NCBI GenBank assembly: GCA_963749705.1
Contig: CAVVNQ010000003.1
Location: 160,001-224,000, forward strand
Origin: an uncultured Chloroflexia bacterium
GTDB taxonomy: Bacteria; Chloroflexota; Limnocylindria; Limnocylindrales; CSP1-4
Reading direction: 5' to 3'
DNA length: 64,000 bases
In this document: positions 57,394-64,000 of the stretch, in pieces
How the letters are laid out: each line of letters opens with the position of its first letter
Numbering within the stretch: position 1 is the stretch's first letter
Made by a program: the position numbers and the translations under genes
The notes under the pieces: generated by a model
Databases searched by the model: none
What the model was told of the DNA's origin: nothing
What the model saw: the letters and a program-made list of their open reading frames with translations, nothing else

Positions 57394-59108
57394 CCAGGCT
57401 CTCCGCCCGGGAGTACCGGACGCGTTACGGTGCGACGACGGGCGACCGGGTCCGCCTCGGCGACACCAACCTGTGGATCCGCGTCGAGGACGACCGGACG
57501 GCGCGGGGCGACGAGCCGGTATGGGGCTACGCCAGGAACCTCCGTTCGAGAATGGCGCAGTCCGACGCGGCCGCCGGCCCCTCGGAGCTCGACATCGTGC
57601 TCACCGGAGCGCTCGTCGTGGATCCCACGCTGGGCGTCATCAAGGCTGACATCGGGATCAAGGACGGCCGCATCGCCGGGATCGGCCGATCCGGCAGCCC
57701 GGAGATCAGCGACGGCATCGACCTGCTGATCGGGCCGCACACGAAGTCGTACATGGCGTATGGCCTGATCGCGACGCCCGGGGCGGTCGACACGCACGTC
57801 CACACCATCGGGCCGGAGCTGCTTCCGCCTGCGCTGTCGGCCGGGGTCACCACCCTCATCACCGCCGGCTTCGAGGAGCCGCCGTGGGCGATGGAGCGCA
57901 CATTGGCCGCGCTCGAGGGCTGGCCGGTCAACATCGGGCTCCAGGCCGGCGCCCGCGCCGCGGAGGACAGCCATCTCGATGCGCTCGTGGCGGCCGGTGC
58001 GCTGGGCTTCAAGATCCACGAGGACAATGGCGCCTATCCGGAGTTGATCGACCACGTGCTCCGGTACGCGGACGCCAGGGACCTCACCGTCAGCCTCCAC
58101 ACGGACGGCCTGCACGAGTCGGCGGAGCTCGAGGACACGGTTGCGGCGATCGCGGGTCGCACGGTCCACGCGTACCACGTGGAAGGCTCCGGCGGCGGTC
58201 ACGTCCCGGACCTGCTGGGCCTGGTGCGGGAGCCGTCGATCATCTGCTCATCGACCACGCCCACCCTTCCCTTCGGCGCGCACACGGCGGTCGAGCACGT
58301 TCCGATGACGATGCTCAACCACGGCCTCTCGTGGGGCATCCCCGGCGACCTCGAGCTGGTCCTCGAGCGTGTGATCGAGGCGCGCACCGCCGCCGAGGGG
58401 CCGCTCCACGAGCTGGGTGCGATCTCGATCATCAACTCCGACTCGCAGGGGATGGGCCGGATCGGCGAGACGGTCCGGCGAACGTTCCAGCTCGCGCACG
58501 TGATGAAGGCGTGGCGGCGGTCACCGGCCGCGGACGGCGTACCCGGCCTGCCCGCCGATCCGGGGCTCACCGATCCCGATGACCGCGACGACACGGCACG
58601 CGTCCTGCGCTACCTGGCCAAGGTGACGATCGACCCGTCGATCACCCACGGCGTCGCCGATCACGTCGGGTCGCTGCGGCCGGGACGCATGGCGGACATC
58701 GTGCTGTGGAAGCCCGCGTTCTTCGGCGTCAAGCCGGAGTGGGTGTTCAAGGGCGGGTTTCCCGCGTGGGGGCCGCTGGGCGATGGAAACGCGTCGCTCG
58801 AGCGCGCCGAGCCGACACGTTACCGACCCGACTGGGGCGGGACATCGGGCGCCGCACCGCTGCTTGCGGCGACGTTCGTGGCCCACGATATGGACCAAGG
58901 TCCGCTTCGGAGGCGTCTGGCGACCCGTCGCGCGCTGATTCCCGCCCGTGGCGTGCGGAACCTGACGCGTGACGACCTCTGGGCGAACCGCGCTGCTGCT
59001 CCGGTGGACATCGACGTCCGCACCGGCGAGGTCTCGCTGGCCGGACGCCGGCTCGCGGTCGATCCGGTGGCCGAGGTTCCGCTCAGCCGCCGCTACCTGT
59101 TGCGCTGA
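57390..59108 (+). CDS. ureC: Urease alpha-like amidohydrolase (divergent)
   Basis: DTHVH, FKIHED, HTD, YHVEGSGGGH and SDSQGMGRIGE. Confidence 0.85.
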   Translation: MTRLSAREYRTRYGATTGDRVRLGDTNLWIRVEDDRTARGDEPVWGYARNLRSRMAQSDAAAGPSELDIVLTGALVVDPTLGVIKADIGIKDGRIAGIGRSGSPEISDGIDLLIGPHTKSYMAYGLIATPGAVDTHVHTIGPELLPPALSAGVTTLITAGFEEPPWAMERTLAALEGWPVNIGLQAGARAAEDSHLDALVAAGALGFKIHEDNGAYPELIDHVLRYADARDLTVSLHTDGLHESAELEDTVAAIAGRTVHAYHVEGSGGGHVPDLLGLVREPSIICSSTTPTLPFGAHTAVEHVPMTMLNHGLSWGIPGDLELVLERVIEARTAAEGPLHELGAISIINSDSQGMGRIGETVRRTFQLAHVMKAWRRSPAADGVPGLPADPGLTDPDDRDDTARVLRYLAKVTIDPSITHGVADHVGSLRPGRMADIVLWKPAFFGVKPEWVFKGGFPAWGPLGDGNASLERAEPTRYRPDWGGTSGAAPLLAATFVAHDMDQGPLRRRLATRRALIPARGVRNLTRDDLWANRAAAPVDIDVRTGEVSLAGRRLAVDPVAEVPLSRRYLLR

Positions 59109-59109
59109 G

Positions 59110-60162
59110 CTACCACAGGTCGCCGACCGTGAACCCGTCGGGGAACGGGTCGGACGGGTCCACGACGTAGCTCGCAAACCCGGTGATCCACGCGGTGCCC
59201 GTGATGGACGGCACGACCGCCGCTCGGCCGCCGACCTGCGTCTCCTCCACGAGGCGACCGGTGAACACCGTGTCCAGGATCCCCTCGTGCCGGAAGTCCT
59301 CGCCGATCGCGAGGCGGCCCTTCGCGTGGAGCACGGCCATCTTTGCGCAGGTTCCCGTTCCGCACGGGGACCGGTCGATGACGCCGGTCCAGGTCGACGG
59401 CCTCGACCAGTCGACCACGCCCGTGGATACCGTGGTCACGTTGCGCCACGAGTTCCGCGCGTCATGCGGCGGACCCGAGAGCTGACCGATGGTGATCCCG
59501 GCAAACCCGGGCTGATCCGGATGGACCACGGGCAGCTGCTCGGCCGCCGCCGCCTTGATCATCTCGGTGACCCGGGTGATGTCCCGTCCCTCATCGGGCA
59601 CCAGCCGGAACCCCAGCGCCTCGGCATCGGCGATCACGTAGAACATGCCGCCGTACGCGACGTCCACGGTGACGGTGCCCAGCTGGGGGACCTCGACCGG
59701 CGTGTCGAGGTGGGTGGCGAACGCCGGGACGTTGCGGAAGGTGACCCCCGTCACCTTGCCGTTGGCGCACGTCGCCCGGATGCGGATCAGCCCCGCCGGT
59801 GCCTCCAGCGTGACCTCGGTGAGCGGTTCGTGCATCTGCAGCATCCCGGTCTCGAGCAGGACCGTGGCCACGCAGATCGTGTTGGTGCCGGACATCCCCG
59901 GGTACTCGACCTGCTCCATGATCACGTACCCGGCGTCCGCCTCGGGATGGGTGGCCGGCAGGATCACGTTCGCGCACAGCGCTGGGTAGCCGCGCGGCTC
60001 GCGCAACATCAGCCGGCGCAGCTCGTCGCCGTGCTCGGCCAGGTGGCGCATCTTCTCGAACATGGTGGCACCGGGGACATCCAGCACGCCGCCCACGACA
60101 ACGCGGCCCGGCTCACCTGCTGCGTGGGCGTCGACCGCCTGGATCATCCGCGCGAGCCGCAT
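59110..60162 (-). CDS. Proline racemase family protein (Ser/Cys catalytic pair)
   Basis: HAAGEP, EPRG, MSGTN, DVAYGG and DRSPCGTGT. Confidence 0.9.
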   Translation of the reverse strand: MRLARMIQAVDAHAAGEPGRVVVGGVLDVPGATMFEKMRHLAEHGDELRRLMLREPRGYPALCANVILPATHPEADAGYVIMEQVEYPGMSGTNTICVATVLLETGMLQMHEPLTEVTLEAPAGLIRIRATCANGKVTGVTFRNVPAFATHLDTPVEVPQLGTVTVDVAYGGMFYVIADAEALGFRLVPDEGRDITRVTEMIKAAAAEQLPVVHPDQPGFAGITIGQLSGPPHDARNSWRNVTTVSTGVVDWSRPSTWTGVIDRSPCGTGTCAKMAVLHAKGRLAIGEDFRHEGILDTVFTGRLVEETQVGGRAAVVPSITGTAWITGFASYVVDPSDPFPDGFTVGDLW

Positions 60163-60290
60163 CGACCAACGTCCTTCCCTGGCGCGCCGGCGCCTCGGCC
60201 GGCTGCGGAGAGCCTACGGGAAACCGTCCCGGCGGTTGACTAGAGTGGGGCAGGCCCGACGGGCGTTCCGTCGGAAAGCCAGGAGACCGT

Positions 60291-61403
60291 ATGTTCGAGG
60301 AAGCCGTCGCGGCGCGCTTTCCGGCGCTTGCCGGCACGATCTACATGAACACCGCGACCGTCGGAGTGGGGCCGGCCGCGGCCGGCACCGCCCTTCGCGA
60401 TGCCGCAGATGCCTGGACTCGCGGCAGGTTCGACTGGCAGGAGGCGGAACGGGCAGGCGAGGACGTACGCACCCTGTTCGGGCGGCTTGTCGGGTCCAAT
60501 TCCGACTGCGTGACGCTGGTACCCGCCGCGGGCGCGGTCGCGGGCCTGGTTGCCATGCACCTGGTCCGGCGGTTCGCCCGCGGGGGCAACGTCGTGGTCG
60601 GTGCCGAGGAGTTCACCTCCAACCTGTACCCATGGCGAGCCCTCGAGGGGCGTGGGTTCGACGTGCGGATGGTGCCGTTCCGCGATGGCGCTCCCCCCGA
60701 GGCTGAGATCGCCGCTGCCGTGGACCGGGACACACGTCTGGTGGCGGCCAGCGCGGTGCAGTCGGCGACAGGGATCCGGGCAGACCTCGCCCGGCTTCGC
60801 GACGCTGCGGGCGACGCACTCCTGTTCGTCGATGCGGCGCAGGCGGCCGGATCCGTGCCGATCGACGTCGAGGCGCTGCGGATCGACGCGCTGGCGGCCC
60901 CCAGCCACAAGTTCCTGGTCGGGACACGCGGCATGGGGTACGGCGTCTTCTCGCCGGCACTCCGCGACGCGCTCCAACCGGTCTGGCCGGGCTGGAAGGC
61001 CGCGGAATCGCCGATGACAAGCTTCTACGGCCCGGACATGACGCTCTCGACCACGGCCTCTCGCCTGGACATGTCGCTCGCCTGGTTCAACGCCCTGGCG
61101 GAGCGCGAGTCGATGGGTGTCCTGCACGAGCTCGGGCCGGATCGCATTCACGCCCACGACGCCATGCTCGCCGATCGCATGCGGGAGGCCCTGCGTGGAG
61201 CGGGCGTCCCGTTCCTCGATCATGGACCCGCTCGCCGTTCCCCCATCGTGTCCTGCACGCCGGCCGCGCCCGACGCCGGCGAGCGGCTCAAGGAGGCCGG
61301 CGTGATCGCGGGCGTCAGGGCTGGCCGCGTCCGCCTTGCCCTCCACCTCTACAACACGGCGGCGCAGGTCGACCGGGTTGCGGAGCTGCTCGGTCGCCGC
61401 TAG
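60291..61403 (+). CDS. PLP-dependent class V aminotransferase / cysteine desulfurase-like enzyme
   Basis: YMNTATVG, VDAAQAAG, SHKFL and RLALHLYNT. Confidence 0.88.
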   Translation: MFEEAVAARFPALAGTIYMNTATVGVGPAAAGTALRDAADAWTRGRFDWQEAERAGEDVRTLFGRLVGSNSDCVTLVPAAGAVAGLVAMHLVRRFARGGNVVVGAEEFTSNLYPWRALEGRGFDVRMVPFRDGAPPEAEIAAAVDRDTRLVAASAVQSATGIRADLARLRDAAGDALLFVDAAQAAGSVPIDVEALRIDALAAPSHKFLVGTRGMGYGVFSPALRDALQPVWPGWKAAESPMTSFYGPDMTLSTTASRLDMSLAWFNALAERESMGVLHELGPDRIHAHDAMLADRMREALRGAGVPFLDHGPARRSPIVSCTPAAPDAGERLKEAGVIAGVRAGRVRLALHLYNTAAQVDRVAELLGRR

Positions 61404-61861
61404 CGTCGGCGGGCGTCGGCCAACTGGCGCTCCGTGTCGCGCTTCGCATCCCGTTCCTGGATCTCGCGCCTCCGATCCCAGGTCTGTTTGCCGCGGGCAA
61501 GACCGAGCTGCAGCTTCGCCTTGCCCGCATCGTTGATGTAGATCACGAGCGGGACGAGCGTCAGGCCCTTGGCCTTGGTCTTGCCCAGCAGCTCGTCGAT
61601 CTCCGAGCGATGGAGGAGCAGCTTCCGGGCGCGCTTGGGCTCGTGGTTGAAGCGCACGTCGGCGCTCTCCCACGGGGCGATGTGAAGGCCGATGATCCAC
61701 GCCTCGTCCTTCTCGATCCGCGCATACGCGTCCGCGAGGCTCACCTTGTGAGCCCTCACGCTCTTGATCTCGGTTCCCCGCAGCACGATGCCAGCCTCGA
61801 AGGTGTCCTCGATGCTGTACTCGTGGTGCGCCCTGCGGTTGCGGGCGATGGTGTCGCCCAT
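61400..61861 (-). CDS. smpB: SsrA-binding protein SmpB
   Basis: NRRAHHEY..FEAGIVL.GTEIKS, RKLLLH and GLARGK..DRR. Confidence 0.97.
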   Translation of the reverse strand: MGDTIARNRRAHHEYSIEDTFEAGIVLRGTEIKSVRAHKVSLADAYARIEKDEAWIIGLHIAPWESADVRFNHEPKRARKLLLHRSEIDELLGKTKAKGLTLVPLVIYINDAGKAKLQLGLARGKQTWDRRREIQERDAKRDTERQLADARRR

Positions 61862-61948
61862 GGATCGGCTCCTCTCGTACCCTGCCGGCGCGCGATGAGG
61901 CGCGGGGCCGAAGTGTGCCACGGGCCCGGTTCGCCGGCGGCGGACGCA

Positions 61949-61980
61949 CGAACGCCGGCCCGCACGCGGACCGGCGTTCG
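61949..61980 (-). terminator. GC-rich hairpin (terminator or attenuator) between the small ORF and smpB
   Basis: CGAACGCCGG...CCGGCGTTCG 10-bp stem, extended by a U-G pair on the minus strand. The U tail is weak. Confidence 0.55.
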
Positions 61981-62011
61981 AATTGCTACCGACCACCCGT
62001 CGGGATCGACT

Positions 62012-62062
62012 CTAGGCGCCGATCTCCGCCGAGGTGGTGCAGCAACTACTACTGTCGATCAC
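62012..62062 (-). CDS. Putative 16-aa peptide MIDSSSCCTTSAEIGA
   Basis: AAAGGAGGTGA Shine-Dalgarno (62079-62069) 6 nt before GTG, with an upstream promoter-like element and a downstream hairpin. Confidence 0.55.
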   Translation of the reverse strand: MIDSSSCCTTSAEIGA

Positions 62063-62090
62063 TGCACATCACCTCCTTTCGTTCCCGGGC

Positions 62091-62119
62091 ACCGTACCCG
62101 ATCACCGCGAGCTGTGCAA
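62091..62119 (-). promoter_or_regulatory. Putative promoter of the small-peptide unit
   Basis: TTGCAC-N17-TACGGT on the minus strand. Confidence 0.5.
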
Positions 62120-62139
62120 GCGCCTGCCGGCGCGTCGGG

Positions 62140-63579
62140 TCATGGACCCGTGCCGGCCCCGGTCCCGACGGCGCCGGCTTTGACGCCGAGAACCTCCAGG
62201 GCCGCGTCCAGGTCCGGATCATCGCCCGGTCGCGCGGGTGTGGCCGTCACCACGACGTCGGGCTCGATCCCCGTTCCGTTGATCCAGGTCTTGTTCGGGG
62301 TGAGCCACTTCGCGATCGTCAGCCGGAACCCGCCGTTGTCACCCTCGAGCTGCGTCCACTGCTGGACCGTCCCCTTGCCGAACGTCTTGCTGCCCACGAG
62401 CGTCGCCCTGCCCCGGTCGTGGAGCGCCCCGGCGACGATCTCCGACGCCGAGGCTGATCCCCCGTCGACCAGCACCACAAGCCGGATCGAGGGATCCGTC
62501 GCGGCGCCGCCGGGCAGTGCGACCGTCTCGGTCAGGGTCCCCGACGCGTCCTCCTGCCAGAAGATCGTTCCGTCGGCCAGGAACTGGCTCGCGATGTCGC
62601 GGGCCGCGGTGATGAACCCGCCCGGGTTGCCGCGGAGGTCGAGGATGAGGCGCGTCCGCCCGGCCGCAACGTCCTCGGCTACCACCTTGTCGAACTGCTG
62701 CGCGGCGTGATCCGAGAACCCGGACAGCCGGATGTATCCGACGCTGCCGTTGGCGAGGACCTTCGCTTCGACCTCCTGCTGGACGATCACCGCCCGGACG
62801 ATCGTGACCTCGAACGCCGGCTGGTCGCCGCGGATGATCGTGAGCGTGACCTTCGTGTCCCGGGGTCCTCGGACGCGGTCTCGCGCCTGGTCGACGGTCA
62901 GCCCGTCGACCGAGCTGCCGTCGATCATGTCGACGACATCGCCGGGCAGCAGCCCGGCCGCGCGGGCGGGTGATCCGGCAAGCGGCTCGACGATGGCCAG
63001 CCGGCAGTCAGGTCCCAGGGTGGTGCACGACGTGGTCGCCCCGGTCGCGTCCACGGTCCCGATCGTCGCGCCGATCCCCTCGAACTCGCCCGAGATGTTG
63101 CGCAGCGATCCCTTGAACTCGTCGGACGTGAGGTACTGGGAGTACGGATCACCCAGCGCGGTGATCATTCCCTTGATCGCGCCCTCGATGATCGACTTGC
63201 GATCGACCGGTCCGCCGGCGTAGCGCTCGGTGACCGCGCGGTACGTGTCCCAGAACGGCTGGAATGCCTGGGCCTCGTCCGCCGGCGTCCCCGGCGTGAG
63301 CGCGTACTGGCGACCCAGCGTCCAGCCCGAGACGAACAGCGCCGAGCCCGCGACGATCGCGATCAGGGTGATCGCGATCAGGGTGGCGTTCGAGCGCCGT
63401 GCGACGCGGAGCGCCGGCGCACCGGCCGATGGCGCGGGCGACGTCGGCGCATGGCCCGCCCCGGTCGCATGGCCCGCCCCAGCGCCATCGGCCGTCGGGG
63501 TGTCGTCGTTCGGATCGGCAGCCGGGGGGGTGCCCGCCGGAATGGGCTCGGGTTCGGGGGCGGGCTGGTCCGTTGGCAT
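62140..63579 (-). CDS. ctpA: S41 carboxy-terminal processing protease with PDZ domain
   Basis: GDPYSQY, FEGIGA, LDLRGNPGG, SASASEI and TFGKGTVQ. Confidence 0.93.
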   Translation of the reverse strand: MPTDQPAPEPEPIPAGTPPAADPNDDTPTADGAGAGHATGAGHAPTSPAPSAGAPALRVARRSNATLIAITLIAIVAGSALFVSGWTLGRQYALTPGTPADEAQAFQPFWDTYRAVTERYAGGPVDRKSIIEGAIKGMITALGDPYSQYLTSDEFKGSLRNISGEFEGIGATIGTVDATGATTSCTTLGPDCRLAIVEPLAGSPARAAGLLPGDVVDMIDGSSVDGLTVDQARDRVRGPRDTKVTLTIIRGDQPAFEVTIVRAVIVQQEVEAKVLANGSVGYIRLSGFSDHAAQQFDKVVAEDVAAGRTRLILDLRGNPGGFITAARDIASQFLADGTIFWQEDASGTLTETVALPGGAATDPSIRLVVLVDGGSASASEIVAGALHDRGRATLVGSKTFGKGTVQQWTQLEGDNGGFRLTIAKWLTPNKTWINGTGIEPDVVVTATPARPGDDPDLDAALEVLGVKAGAVGTGAGTGP

Positions 63580-63657
63580 CTGGAATTCTCGATCGGCCGG
63601 GGGGAGGGACGTGCGTCCAGCGTACCTCCGGTCCCGGGAACGGACCGGCGACGCCCG

Positions 63658-64000
63658 TCAGCGAATGAGGTACGTCCGGACCGACACCCAGGATCCGAGC
63701 ACGCCCAGCCCGAGACCGGTTGCAAGCACGATCACCGCCGTATCCCGGGCGAGGGCACCGAGCCGGAGTGGCAGGACGTTGAAGAACCCGACCATGGCCT
63801 GCGACATCGGCTCGGAGCCTGCCGCCAGCAGTCCCAGGGTGATCAACGCGCCGAGCAGCCCGACGAGGGCGCCCTCGAACACGAACGGCCAGCGGATGAA
63901 CGCGTCGGACGCGCCGACCAGCCGCATGATCTCGATCTCCTCTGCCCGCGCCACGACGGCGAGCCGGATCGTGTTGACGATGATGAACAGCACGATCAGC
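63658..64000 (-). CDS. ftsX: Cell division permease FtsX (C-terminal part, truncated at window edge)
   Basis: NTIRLAV.AR.EEIEIMRLVGAS..FIRWPFVFEG. Confidence 0.93.
   Translation of the reverse strand, partial: LIVLFIIVNTIRLAVVARAEEIEIMRLVGASDAFIRWPFVFEGALVGLLGALITLGLLAAGSEPMSQAMVGFFNVLPLRLGALARDTAVIVLATGLGLGVLGSWVSVRTYLIR

Noticed and set aside
62068-62080. 16S rRNA fragment (ATCACCTCCTTTC)
   Set aside because: There is no flanking rRNA sequence; it is better explained as a minus-strand Shine-Dalgarno.
63448-63480. Short tandem duplication in the ctpA N-terminus
   Set aside because: A small in-frame repeat in a disordered leader with no sign of function.

Overview
Very GC-rich bacterial chromosome segment spanning the replication origin. 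Gene content and style suggest Chloroflexota, possibly Limnocylindria/Ellin6529; this is inference only. From left to right: (1) otsA/otsB, TlpA and an atypical sortase. (2) A lipid-exporter-like MFS gene divergent from an operon arsR-pgsA-ino1-acyltransferase-acyltransferase-PHP-pimA, resembling mycobacterial phosphatidylinositol-mannoside (PIM) synthesis. (3) A block of polyprenol-phosphate-sugar (GT-C) glycosyltransferases, including a ~1,800-aa double GT-C fusion, plus a GT2. (4) DUF151, rhomboid and a PP2C-like membrane protein. (5) The origin cluster dciA-recF-dnaN-oriC-dnaA / rpmH-rnpA-yidD-yidC-jag. (6) An accessory stretch: VanW, LysE, HAD, P1B-5 ATPase-hemerythrin, oxidoreductases, transporters and a frameshifted TetR. 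(7) tmRNA, glgX-treY-treZ, a divergent urease-like pair without accessory genes, a Ser/Cys proline-racemase homologue, a PLP enzyme, smpB, ctpA and ftsX. The strongest novelty candidates are the PIM-like glycolipid/glycosylation locus (candidate PIP phosphatase, second acyltransferase, exporter), the urease-like enzyme with a remodelled pocket, an unannotated 16-aa Cys-Cys peptide unit upstream of smpB, a His/Ser/Lys sortase and a CTG-initiated recF. No mobile element or CRISPR array was seen. All family calls come from motif recognition by eye; no database search was run.
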